Shown here in pieces: positions 1-13,500 of a stretch of 64,000 nt of DNA. Where the stretch lies: contig OU015568.1 of the NCBI GenBank assembly GCA_907165135.1, positions 8,556,001 to 8,620,000 of the forward strand, given 5' to 3'. The DNA comes from Oikopleura dioica (Eukaryota > Animalia > Chordata). Both the position numbers and the translations under genes were made by a program. Every line of letters begins with the position of its first letter. Within the stretch, counting starts at the first letter, position 1. The notes beneath the pieces are model-generated. The model was not told the origin of the DNA. It made no database searches and saw only the letters and a list, made by a program, of their open reading frames with translations.

Positions 1-3000
1 CTTCTCAATGAAACCGAGTTCCGTTTGTTTCTGCGCAGAATCTGTTTATATTTTGTCGAAGCTGGGACAGGAGGCCCTCTGATAGTTGGCAGAGAACAAG
101 ACAGTTCGCAAATTTCACCAGGACCGCGCATAATCCCATCCAGATTTGCTTCCTGTCACTTTCATTTGCCCAGAAAAGCAATAAATCCGTCAACGAGAAA
201 ATTCTTTTCTAAATAGCTTCTCGGTCAAAGACCCAGGTAAAGTCGTCCGGATTCCGGATCCCGTAGAAGAATCTACAGCGCGATGACTGTAATAAAAGCG
301 TGCCAAAAGTGGAAAACATAAAATATTACGCTTTGGATTTCCGAAAGTAATTCTCGTTCGGCCGCCGCCTTTGAAGAATTGTAATGCCATAAACATGTTA
401 AACATGATGTTTCTCGGCGAATAAATGTAAATTTGCTCAAGTTGTGGAAAATTGAGAAGTTGGGAAAATAAATTTCTCTTTCCCGCGTCGGAAAATTAGA
501 ATGCTGGCCTTTTCCGCCACGGCTAACTCTTTCAACCAGCTAATTTACAAACAACAACATTCGTTTATTTCCCCCTTTGTGGGCTGACGATCATGTGCCA
601 TGAATTTTGAAATAATAAATAGACCCAAAATTTAGTCGCAAGGGTCTTGTAGTAGTACTGCGATTTTGAGAGGGTAACCATCGTGAAATGTTTTTCTTGC
701 AAAAAATATCTTTTGAAAGATTTCAGATATACCGGCAAAAAGAACAGGCTGGTTTCTCTGAGGAATGGTAATTGGCAATTAGAAGTGCTGGGAAATGGCC
801 TCTACAAAAAGTCCCAAAGTCAACAAAGTCGGTAGATATTCATGTCGAGCTCTGATCAAAGGTATTTGTGAAAAAGCTCCACCCTTTTACCACCACCACC
901 CATTTTCCAGGCGCCTGGGAAAGCGTCAAAATTCTCGACAAAAGAATCCGCAAAAAGCCATTTCTCCTTAACGTTTTCAAGACAGTATTAGAAGCCTCTC
1001 TGCTTTAGTAGCAGATGACCAACTGTAACTCGTTCACTTGCTGACAGATTCTGAAGTGTATGAAAAAGGAAGTGCGCCACCTTCTAACAAGCGGAGAACG
1101 TTGATTGGCGGAGCGGGTTTCCGATCGGATAGGATTCGCGTTTGCCATTTCCGCTTTATGCACACGGGCGCCCCCTTACCACACCGCTCGGTCGGGTTTT
1201 ACACTTTTCGCGTTCGTTTTTCTTGCGTTTTTGATGCTCTTTCTACTCATAGATAGCTCTAAAGGAAGAAATAGATACTTTCTTACATTACTGTCCATAA
1301 TATATCCACCTTTCTGAAGAAAGTTGTGAATGAAGCTTCAAAAATGTGGTTCAACGTCAAAATATTGGACATTTTTTGAGACTTTCGCGAGAATTATGAA
1401 GCGTAAATTTCTAATCAAAAGTCTTCGGAAAAACTCTGGGCAAAGACACTTCTCACTTATGTATCGTAGATGTAAGAAATACAGTGTTAGCTGGATAAGA
1501 GGAATGAAAGTGTGTCTCCCAAACAAGAAATTAGTGTCGAAGAGGCCTCAACCGAAACAGACCTTTTCGACCTCTTGTGCTATGACATCTTCGAAAGAGG
1601 ATACTAATTGCCTTGCCGATCCTTCCGGTTATTTTCAAAACTGTACCCATGCATGGGACAAATATTTTCACAACACAAGGGGCGAAAAAAAAGGAGAATC
1701 AATTCGAAGGAATTTTGATTGTGCTAATTGACGATAATTTGTTGGAAGAAGAAAGGAGATATGTTTTCAAGGTGAAGTGGGATTAATCGAATTTTGATTC
1801 AACGTAGTGATCATAATTGTATAAATTGAGCTTGATGCGGTTTGTGCAATAAGGTGCACCGATCGGATATCTAAACGTTTCCTTCTTTCACACTGTTTAT
1901 TTTTATTCAGGGGTGATTCAAGGGGTACGCTTCGTTATGAGAAAACTCAAATTATCAAATTGAAAAAATTGACCTTTCGAAAAGGGCGTGTATTTCTTTC
2001 CTGCGGATCTCAATCCGGTGGAAGGTTGGACCGACCGTCCGGTGTGAGTTTTGTCGCGGAATTCCGGCGCCACTAGGGCGCAGATGAAGTCATTAAGAGG
2101 ATTGGAAAGTCAATTCCGAGCGGCCTCACCAAAAAACGGCAAAACCGATATCCGGCAAATTAGGCGACAACCTTCGCACCCCATCCAACATCGCCGATAA
2201 TTTCCGCGATAATGACTTATTAATTCCACCATGAAGAGTGGAGCGCAGTGATTTAGACACCTCCACCGCCTCTCAAATTTGCGTAATTATTGATGCGTTT
2301 TAGGAAACCATAATAGTTCATTCATTATGAAAGGTTTGATGTTTTTCTCTAAGCTAACTTTCGAGAAAGTAAGTGAAATATTTAAAAAAACCATCCCTGG
2401 AAGTAGAAATAAAGCAAGAGAAAATATACTAGAAATACCAATACCAGAATGAAGGAGAATGTGAAGCAAACATCGCCAAATCCCACATGCTACCATAATC
2501 AATTTGATAATGTCTCTATCCTCTGACAGGATCTATGGGAACTACAAGAGTTTTGACACATCTAAGCGGTCCTACGCCAGCCTGGATTTGTATATTTGCG
2601 GCAGCTTTACCCTGGCCGGAAATATCGTTCTCATGCTTTTTCTTTCGCTGCGCACGCTGCTGAAAAGTCTTTGTAAAAAGAAACAAAACGGCGGGAACTG
2701 GCGGCGCAAAATAAACTATCTTGATTAATCTGTTGCAAAATACACCTTCCTTTGTCGAAGCTTGTTAATGACATGCCTCAAACATGTCAGCTCTTCGTGA
2801 CGAGCTTCGGCGGAAAGGAAAAGTACCGCCCCACTTCGCGCCTTGTTCTAGCGTCAAAGCCCAAACAAACACGACATGCCGTAATCTAACAAAAGGATTT
2901 CCATTTTGTTTGAGCTATTTTTAGGAAAAAGATCCTCACAGCGGAATATTATGCGTTGCGGTCCGCGAACAGGACATTTTGTTTATATACACTTGGCAGC

Positions 3001-4503
3001 TACCTGTAGATGTAGCTTTTTCGTACTTTGATGAATCATCAATGATGATGATGATCGAGGTATTTGTTTGACATCTTGTTTGGATGGAACAAAACAGAAA
3101 GTAATAAGGAGGATCTTGTATATCAAAAAGGTAAGCTCAGTTTTAGCCAGTTCGACTCAGGTCAACTTGTTTCAGTGAATAGTCAGCTGAGCTCAATTTG
3201 AGCCAGTTGCGCTTGAGCAGGTTAACTTGAGCAACTCTTTACTCAGGTAAATATGGCATTTCGAGCCAGCTCGTTAGCTTGGCTTGAAGATAATTTAAAA
3301 ATATTCTTTCTTTCATCAGAAAATTCTGATGATTTCTGTCTACGAGCCGTTGATGTCTGATTTTATGGAGAATACAGTCTGGTTAGACGAAAATATGGAA
3401 AATTAATTTATCAATTCCGAATAGATCTACTAGTAGATTGAAGAATACTTTTTCTTGAGAATCTTTTAATTTGATTTATTGATTCTCAATTAACCAGAAT
3501 ACCGCGCTCATCCTGTATAAAGCAGGAAATAGAATCACTGAAAATAAGCGGGTATTTTCACACAGGCGAAAAAACAACGCTCATCGATCAGCATTTTCAC
3601 GCTTGTTTAGTGCGATGATGGATCGTGCGCGTGTGTAGTTATCTAATTTTACGGAAATTGGCACAGTGCTAGACGTGGCCAGAAAGGGACCGGTTTTCCT
3701 CTCATTCTTTCCGTTTGTTTTGAGCACACACCAGACTCAAGCGTTAAAGATGGCGATTTGAGGGCGCTTTTGTATATTTTCCGCCCGTCAAACACTAACC
3801 CTCTGCCAGGGCGATTTGTGTTTCCGAAGCTTGGAATCAGTGCCGACCCAAAATATTTTCAGTACTCCTCAAATACCACTTCTAATTTCTAATTTTGCTC
3901 CCTGCTATTCCAAATTTGTTTGTCATTACTTAGGATTTTCGGATTCGAAAATGATAAAAATGGTGCTACAGTCTATTAATTCTTATTCTGTTCCCTGCAA
4001 ATAAAAATAATTCGACAACGAAAGTTTAAACTTATTCGAATATTTATTTTCGATAACTGTATCTTCCAGAAAAAAGATAACACAAGAACAAAAGTGCGGT
4101 TTTGGTATTGTTTTTTGTTTTTGAAACGTCCTTTGGCTATTCTTGAGCTAGCACCAGGCAAGTGTTCGGTCAGAAATTGTTGTGGCCATTTTTACATAAA
4201 TTATAGTTTTTATTTTCTAAGCTGGTTTTGGTTTGGTTTGGTTGTTTAAAAGTTTGGGCACACGAGCAGGCTGTATCAGATTTTTGGTTTCTTGAAATTT
4301 TGTGTTTTGTTTGTTTAATTTTACTGAACTTTCAGGGTTGTTTTTTGTCTGTACAAATTTTGAGGGAGATATTTACGCATTTAGAGGGCGAAATTAAATC
4401 GTAACGAATTGAAAGAGGAAAAGAAAATACACAATATTCATACTGTAGGTAGAGGTTGAAGCTAAACTTGAAAAATACTGTACTAGAAATACATACAGAA
4501 GAA

Positions 4504-7500
4504 TTAACTCTCCATGACTTCTCGTTGTTCGCCATCAGATTGGTCGGTTTCGAGACTCACGGATCGAGATCGATCCGAAGACGGCGACGATTGCTCCTCG
4601 GATTTGGCTGAGTGGTGATCCGTAGAGAGGTGATCCGTGTTTCCAGAGAGAGCTGGGAATTCAAAGACTCCGCCGGGACCTCCTGACCTAGCGCCAGATT
4701 GGATCAGATCGTTGATCATAAATCCGGAGCGGATTGGTGTGCGGCGGGAGGCTACAACTCACATGTAAGTAAAGCCAATAAATTTTGATAGGGATTGAGA
4801 GGTCATCTCTCGAAAACTGTATTAGTAAGAAGCACCTGCAAAGCCGGGACTGTGTAGATTCAGGCCAGCATTGAGCCTAGTGGCAACCTCAATCGAGGGC
4901 GACATCAAGTCCTCGAAATGATGGTCGTACACCTTAAACACCTCATAAGTATAAGAATTTATAAATCGAATGTTTCCAGAGAAGAACATCATCTTCTCTG
5001 GGTCGATTTTGGTTTCGTTTCTAGCACCAAGAGATAGTACAGGAAAGAATATTTACCTCAGAGCCCTTTGATTTTATCGTATCGGGCGATTTCGACGCTT
5101 CGGATTTCACCTCGGGCACCGTTTGGTCACTTTCTTCGTTGATGGGCACCGGTCGGCGGTTGTGTTTGACGAGATTCAATGCCCCGCAGTCGCTGATTTT
5201 TGCATCGGAACTCAATGACTGCGCTCGTTTGGAGTGGGAACTTTCGGACGATGAGGTTTGGCTAAAAGGAATATTTGATTTTTCACTTGAATTTCATTCT
5301 TAAAACTTTCTAGCAGCAATTAACACTAATCCTTTATAAATTTTTTATCTTACCTTGAACGTTTGCGACTTGGGACAGGAGCGAGTCGAATTTGAGGAAT
5401 TGTATGGCCGCTGATGGTCGAGGTAGGTGGATTCTGACTCTCGCTGCTAGTCCTTGAGTGGCCAGTGCTTGGCCGATTGTCCTGAGCATCTTCGTCCGAT
5501 CCAGAGTTATTGTGGGTTTCTTCTTTGATGTCTCTGTTGTCTGCACCGTGATATTGACGAATATGGTCGGGATCGAAAGAGAAGCTGGGTTTCATGCCGA
5601 GGCCTAGGCCTGGAGCGGTCATTGGATTCGCCATTGGGCTGAAACCGCCGAGACCAGGGCTCAAACCGGGATATGTAGGTGTGGTTGGTAGTGATGATGC
5701 GTAGGCAGATCGAAGCAGAGGAGAAAATGGCAATCGTGGGGAGATGGGTGGAAATCCAGGCGATCCTTAATTGAAATGTTAATTTGGCCGCGCTCTGGAA
5801 TTGAGCACGTGAGTCAAAACAACACGTGTCCCTCATGATAAATTGAAGATCCTAGTAGCTACACGTCTGCATATTTAATAAAGGAAGATGTTCGTTTATC
5901 ATTAATCACGAGACAAATTTCGAGTTCTTACCTGGTCCGAGTCCGTGGAGCGCATTCGGCATATTGAGCAGATTCGCTCGGAGGAGCTGAGCTCGGGCAG
6001 CGAGGAGCGTCGCGTTGGATCCGTATGGAAAGGGCAAGTTGCCCATGCCAGGCGCCTTGATCGAACTCGTCGAAGAAGTTGGGATTCTAGAGTCGTCTTC
6101 CCTGTCCGAGTGGCCATTTGGAATGTGTGGCGAAGGGAGAGGAGAGGCTTCGTCTTTGTCTATCAGTCCAGCCGCGGCTCCGTAAGGACTGAGCTCTCGG
6201 AAATTGAAGCGGTAGGTGAAGCGTTTTCCCTGAAGAGATTTTAGTTTTATGCAACGAAAAACTGGGCTCTAGGCGCTCTGGGCATTAGATAATAATATTT
6301 GCTCGTTGAGCACTTTCAACAAGCCCACCGTCGAGTTGTTGAAAAAGATTATTTTTCAAATGAATCGTCGCCTAACGAGCGCGACTTTCCACCTAATGAG
6401 CCCGCGGCTCAGGCCAATTCTCATTAGGGATTAAAGGATTTTTGTAGTTTTATGTGTATCAATTATCGAGTAATCGAGTTTACCTTGGTTTTGTAAAGGA
6501 TGCGTTTGTTGTAATAATATCGCAGCGCACGTGAGAGCTTGTCGTAGTTCATGTGCGGCTTGCATTTCCGATTTCCCCAGAGCCGAGCAACTTCATCTGG
6601 ATCTTTGATGACGAATTCTCCGGTTTCTCCCTGAAAGACAAATTAACGATACTGCAGATTTCGGATGGCGGGGGAAATAGCTGCCTTCAAAATGCGGTTT
6701 TTCAAGAATCAAAGAGAAGCTCGCCCTCTTTTTTTATTAGAAAGTGAATGATTTCCCTCCGTGAGTGCTGAGAATGAGACGGATGTGGGGTTTGGTTGTC
6801 TCACGAGGTGTAAGAATGTCAAGAATTTCCGAAAATTGCGGCTTCATGCGCCAAAAATGACCCCCATCTTTCTGCTTTCTGGCGGTTAATGGTTGGCTAT
6901 CCGCCGCTTCTCTAATTTTCTAGTGATCCATCTTTATAAGTTTTCACCGCGCGGCGGGGCCTTTGATGCTTGCATATTTGCACCGCTAGAAGTTACATGA
7001 ATCCCAATTAAAAAAAGCAAATGTTTCTTGTGTTTCTCATTCTCAAAAAATGTGGAAATTTCGAGTTTCGGAAAAAAACATGTGTTGACGGGTTTGATCG
7101 GCCCCACTGTTCAGGCGCCGCTGATGTGTAATCCCGTCATTACAACCCCCAAAAGGCGACCCTGACGGATGAGCCAAAAAGAAACACTGAAGGCACTAGG
7201 CAAGTGTCAACAGTTTTTTTTACACCAGAATCGCGAATTTTCGAGCCTCAAAAGGCGATCAAATGACTGTCCGTTCCAGAATGGTCTTATATCAAAGAAC
7301 AACTGTAAAAAAAGAATGTATTTGCAATTGAATCTTGGAAATCGCGAAAGTTAGCCGCGTAAATTTCCACTTACGTTCAAGAGCGGAGTGTTAGGGGTTG
7401 AATTTTTAGGACATTAGGCAGGACTGCGCTAAAAAATGATCCTTGACGCGGAAATAACGACTAACGGCGACGCCATAATTTTGACACTTAAAATTTGGAA

Positions 7501-10500
7501 TATTTTCGGGAAATAAACACTTATGCGGACGAGGCGCGAGCGACTCAGTTTACCCTACTAACTAGCAACCTTTTCGGAAAAATTAGAATGGCTTACCGTT
7601 GCCGGGCCGTTCCAGCAGATAGCGTCGGAGTACTGTGACGGGTTGTTGAGCAGCTCGAGGATGAACTGCCAGAGTTGGACCTGGCGGCTTCCTGGCGCAG
7701 AGTCGGACTTCATCAGAGCCCATTCGGGCACGCCGTTCGCGTTTTCGGTCGGAGATGCTGAAATCGGACATTAAAAAGACGTAAAAGATGATTAGGATAA
7801 TCCCGAGCTTCTTTTTTTTTCTTGACAGAGTAATAAAACACTGACTTTTTGGCAGAAGCCTTCCCCAAGACTGTCTCCAAGACATTGCCATTTCGAGTCA
7901 AAATTTTTGACTCTAATATCGTCGATTTAATATTGTGGGCTTCTAGTAACGTAAAAATGGGTGTATAGAAAAGTAAGTACGCGGCAGAGCCTGTTGTGAA
8001 AGTTGACAGGAGCCGGGTAAAGGTGCCGGATTAGGTTGACATTGGGCCCCTTTGTCGCCGCGGTTACTGCACGAAAAAAAGGAACTGAGCCAGTAGCTTG
8101 TGTATATTCACGGGCACGCGTCAAAATTTTGTCACATTTTTTCGGACAGGGGTTGCGCCCGCATATTTTTTCGAGCGCAAAATCTAACACACTCGAGAAA
8201 GACAAAATACTGGAAACTGACAAATATGACGCGCAAGAATGCGGCGCGGCGGTGTTCCGCCGCCATTTGAACACGGGCACTGCCCTGTGTTCTAAATTTG
8301 CGAAGTTATTTTTTCTTTCTGCCTCTTTCTCAATTCTCAAACTTGATGGGAGTTGATAAATCTGACCCAATGTCCGGAGGAAGTGCGATTAGACTTCATG
8401 GGAAAGCCAAAGTGATGAAAATCGCCGCACAAGTGGACCGATAGGGAAGTTTTCAACTTTAGGCTTTTCTTTTTCACTTTGCTTTATTGCGATCTTGAGA
8501 GCCCGGTCGGTAATATCCGGCGCGAAATTACGCTTCCCATGGATTCACTCTCAAACTAGAGCGCTTCGGAAAATGGCGTTTCCAAGTTCTTTTTTTGGGA
8601 CCTATTCCCGAGTTTGGGGACGATTTTCCGTTTTTGGGAGTTGAAAATATGGACGCTTCTGCGAGTCGACTTCGTAATAGGTCCTTGAAGAAGCTCCAAA
8701 AAATTCCTATTGTGTATTAGAATCGCTGGGAGAAAGGCTGCGTTTGAAGCAGCAGTTAATATGTTTGCCCAGCCCCCTATCCGCCAATACTTCATCTTTT
8801 TAAATATACATATTATCGCCGAAAACACGCTCGCTTCCTCGGCTACTCCAATCGGCCACTTCATGTCACTCCAATCAAAAATTTTCAATCTACGGAGAAA
8901 ATGGTATTTTACCGTTCATTTTTCCCATCGAAAAATTCAAGGTCGAGCTCTCTTCAAAGCTGGAGAGATTAAAAGCCGTAAATTCGATGAAGCTCTTGAT
9001 TTTAATGAATGCGTTACTAAGAGTGGACATCCGCTGCCAACCGCTGTTCGCATCGGAAGAATATTATAAACGCAGATGGAAATATAGTTGTTTCAAGTTT
9101 CGCTCAGTTCAAAAATCAGCTGAAAATTCAAAAAGAAAACGTTGAGCTTGTCTGTTTTTCTATTTTTCTAGCTTTCTGCTTTTTGATAATTGACACTACT
9201 TTAGCGAGATTTGACTAGGTGGAAGAGTAAGTGGCGTCGCTTCTTTTGGTGGTGGTGTCTAATTGTTGCATCGGTCTAAGCTCGACCAGCTGCGAGCGGA
9301 TGACCCTGCTCCGGCCTCGGTGTTTGCGCTCAGGCGGCTTTCTCAGATTTACAGGGCGTAAACGGGTTAACCGGCTGCTCCGACACCTCAACCAGCTTAC
9401 TCTCAATTTTTTACCTTCCTCTCTCTCTTTCTCGCCAGAAACACTTCGGGTACTGAGAGAAAACTTCAGTTTGATCTCGCCGGAAGCGGAGATCCGCTTG
9501 AGTATCAATTTCATTAGCGTCAATGGATTGATTCTGAAACTCTAACCGGAAGATAATTGTGAGTTTACATCTTCTCCTTTAAGGGTATCATGACTTTAAA
9601 AGCTTTTAAAGACAGTAGTTAAGGGTTTCAGCTATCTTTTGGTAAAATAAATTAAGGGTATCACTTTGTTAATTCTACGAGAAAATGCTGATTGAAAAAT
9701 GATGTCAAGACTTTAATGAAAACACCTATTTTTCGTTCAAAATCCTTTTACGTAAAAAGTAGACTGCTCGGCACCGTTTTTACTCAAGGGAGCAAATGAG
9801 TGAATTAATATTTCCTTGAGTGAACACCGCCGGGGAGTCTGCACCACCACCATTTGGGATACTCGCGCCGCCCAGTCTAGTTGTTCACTTCCGGTGGAAC
9901 ATCCGGCTCAATGCCTCGTTATGGATCCAACCCTACTTCATTAGAGTCAGATGACTAGCCGCTGAGTCTATCCTTATTCAACCTTTTTCGGAAGTTTTAT
10001 CAAATGAATCTCTATTTCTTTCGTTATTTTTTTCATTAAATTTTTGCAATAGAAGATATTTTCGCCCCATTTTTTAATTGACGCGCTTATTCTTTTGAAA
10101 ATTTCTTGGAAGCATCAAAAATTGGCCCAAGAGAGCGGGGATCAGTTCAAGTAAAGCATTATCCGATCATTTCCGGCAGCTCGAAATCTGCCACTTGAAG
10201 CAATTGGCACCTAAGACCCGCCATACTTATGATAATTGTCACCACAAAGTGCTGCCAGTTACGCTCTCTCTCTCATTATTCTAACGCGACAACAGCTTTT
10301 CTAAAAATAAATTATATTTCCTCGCTTTTGCCATTTCCGGGATGACAAAGTACGCCCCACTTGTGTGTTTGTCAAATTGTCAGCCTAGCAACCATCATCT
10401 AATTAGCACATTTCCAGTATCTTTTTAAGAGTAGCGGAGCTCTCCCAACGGCGTGGCGAGCTGAAAAGCCACTTCCGGCACCAGAAGAGCTTCCGTTAAT

Positions 10501-13500
10501 AATTAATTTCCGCTTGAACTTGTCGATCAAGCTCGATTCTGCTCAACGGAAAAGCGGAAATGGCGATTGAAGTCGATTTTAGGCCAAAAAAAAGGTTCAA
10601 AAAATTTCGTCAAAGGCAATTTTTTCAAGGCTTTTTGTTGATAAAGGATCGATTTTGCTGAGAAATTATCATTTTCAAGAGCATTTTTTAATAAAAAAAA
10701 TGCCAATTTTAGAAAATTCAGAGGATTTTTTCGGAAGCTATTTTTATGAATATCCTGGCTAAATGGAATGATCCCACGTCTTCCGGCGGAAGGCGCCTGA
10801 CCGACAGGATATTGAGTTTTCGACAGGTGCATCCGGCTTCCTTAGGTTTTAGCTCAATCCCCTCAACTCTCGGCCTTAATTTTCGGCAATTTTGTTTACT
10901 TGTTGTGAGAGATTTCCAAGTGGCAAGAGCGCGTCTTCATTTCCTCCGCCTCCGCCACCACGTGCGGGTGTTAAAAGTTTTTAAGGAGGTAAGCGGCCGG
11001 AATAAGAAGGGCAGGCCGGACGCGGGATTATTTTTCTTATTCGATTACGGGCAAATATTGCCAGGATTATTCAACATAAACATAGCCAGCTTAATTATCC
11101 AGGAATGAGCTCTTCAACATTTTCTAAGAATTCTAGTTTTGAAAAAGTGCAAATTTTGGTCGGATTTTTTGGTAAATTTTAAACAAAAAAGGTTTCAAAA
11201 AGGTGTTTTTTCATGAAAAATTGCCAAAAAAGCAGCTGGAAATGGCCCTTTCGCAAAATTTCTCAAGAAAAAAACTTGGCATGTTTTATTTCGCTGCGAG
11301 ATTCTGGGATTATCTACGCTGCGAAATCATACATTTTGCGTGAAAACACGATGCTCCTCACCCGACAATTTACCGGATGTTCCATCCACTGAACAAGCTA
11401 CTAGTAACAGGCTCAATGATTGACTTCCCCAAGAAAAATACAACTTTTGACTCAAATTCGAAGAGGAAAGATTTGAGATCAAAGGATGGAAACAGTAACA
11501 GTTGAGAAACATTACGTGTTTTTTTATGACCTCGAGTTAATCCGTCGTTTTGTTCTCCACGCTTGAGCTGAAGATTTTTTTAACAGAAAACGCGTGTTTG
11601 GAGTGATTGTAAAAATTCTTTCCTCGGTGTTTGATTTTCGCCTCTTTTTCCTTCGCTCGGGGATCGGGGTGTTTACAGGGTGGCTATTTTGGACAAAATT
11701 TTGGGGTCTAGCCATCCAATTTCCATCCAATAAATTTTAAGCCCGAGCTATCCATCCAAAATCCAATCCAATCCAATTTTACCCAATTCCCCAATTATCC
11801 CCAATTCCAATTGTATCCAATTGGATTTACAATTTTTTAAAGGCTTCTTTTACTTTAAAAAGAAGGGAAACAGTAAGTTTTTATCCGAAAGGAGGACCAA
11901 CGGAGTCAAAAAGATGATATTTTATCCGAATTTGTTCATTTTTATCATGAAAATAACCCTTTTTTGGGGGGGTACTGAATTGTGCCGCCCTGCGCCGCCT
12001 TGCGCCGCCCTGCGCCGCCCAGCGTCGCCCGGTCCGGAACCAATCGACTCTCATTCGACCAAACCATGACCTAGGAAAGAGTTCTGAACAAGAGCGAGAG
12101 TTGGGCCCCGCCAACCCAATGAGTTCTCTACCAGAAAATGCACGCGTAAGGGCCTTTGGCCCGTCGCGTGCTCAATATATTAGTGATTTCATGCAAGATC
12201 TGAATTTGATTGAGAACAACGCTACTGGCACCCTAAATTATAGGTTTTACTTATTTTAACTGTTTGACAATATAAATAAGTGAGAATAACTAAGTTGACA
12301 TATAAAGCTTAAATTATGGCCTTTGAAAGGCCAAATATCTTCAAACCCGGTGAGGCTGGGCGGCGCAAGGCGGCGCAGGGCGGCACAATTCAGTGTCTCC
12401 CCTTTTTTTGCATAGTTTAGAGATATGTTTCTTCTTGGATCCAATTCCCCCAATTTCCCCCAATTGCCCAATTTTCCCCAACAAAATCCGGTACCCGGGC
12501 CATCCAAATTCCATCCAAACCTTATTGGATTGGATCCAATCCAATTCCAACAAACCCCCAAATCCAAAATAGCCACCCTGGTGTTTATGGCCCTTCCGCG
12601 CTCATAAACATTTCCAATGGCCCTAATCAACACACTTTTCCGGTGAAACACGTGTTGACCCTTCCACTCATCCGGCAAGTTTTGCCAATTTTGGCCCCCT
12701 TCGATCAGAATTTTCGAAAAAGAACTTCTAAAACATGCATTTTGCGCGGCAAATTCTATTGTTAACGCTCGGCACATTACAGTGTTTAATTTCGCCCCTC
12801 TAAAGGCGAGGAATTTGGCAGCAGCAGGGACCCTCTGCGAGTAACCGCCAAAACCGCGACGAAAAATGCTCCGGATGTCCTCGTAGATTCCTCCCATGCA
12901 TATGTTATATATTTCTAGCGAATGTGAATCGCGCTTTTTAACGATCATCGAGGAATTTATTTTGCAAAAATCTTAACCAGTTCCAACTTCCAAGTTGCGT
13001 CATTTCTAATCTAGCGCAGCCTTCAGTCGTCCGGGCTGTCGGATATGTGACATTTGCCAAATAGGCACACCAAAGTAGAAACATTGTTTACCAATACAAC
13101 TTACGTATTCCCTCAGCGACTCGATTCTCTTTCCCCGGTTCCGCCCAGAACAGATTTTCACTGGATTTCCATATTGGACCTTGGGCTACTGCCAGTCTAA
13201 GGGTTCCGCTGAAATAGCTACCCCCTTATTTTGCCCCCTGTCAAGGAAAAAGCAGCGGACTTCCGGAAGTTTGCTTATTTTGATCGGTTACCTGGTGGAT
13301 TTTCATTCGCACTTGGTCGCCATAAAGCAGGCGCCATGAGTCCTGGGCTTGGTAGCTCTGCGTGGTTGGGCATTTGTTCGATGATCGTCCCTCCCAAGGC
13401 TACCTGAACCATAGTTTCGCTGCTGTTATCGTCGGCGCCACTTTTCTCGCTGTCTGTATTGCGTTCACTGTTGGATCTGCTGTTGTCTGTTTCAAAATCT

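Noticed and set aside
1-4000. Short ORFs such as 1330-1731 and 2504-2728
   Set aside because: No recognisable motifs or consistent splice structure; treated as non-coding or regulatory DNA.
9215-9545. Exon-like segment in the ERF intron (ORFs 9215-9523 and 9231-9545)
   Set aside because: Splice-like sites exist, but the phases do not fit the ERF frame and no homology was recognised.
11714-12030. Short repeat arrays as a possible CRISPR or satellite
   Set aside because: No repeat-spacer structure, eukaryotic context, and explained as MITE-internal repeats.
12256-12948. 230-aa ORF as a possible transposase
   Set aside because: It runs through MITE TIRs and CCAATT repeats and has no DDE or other motifs.
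13105-13209. Candidate cassette exon (TTTCAG...GTAAG) after ERF exon 3
   Set aside because: In the required phase it has an early stop. It could be a poison exon, but there is no supporting evidence.
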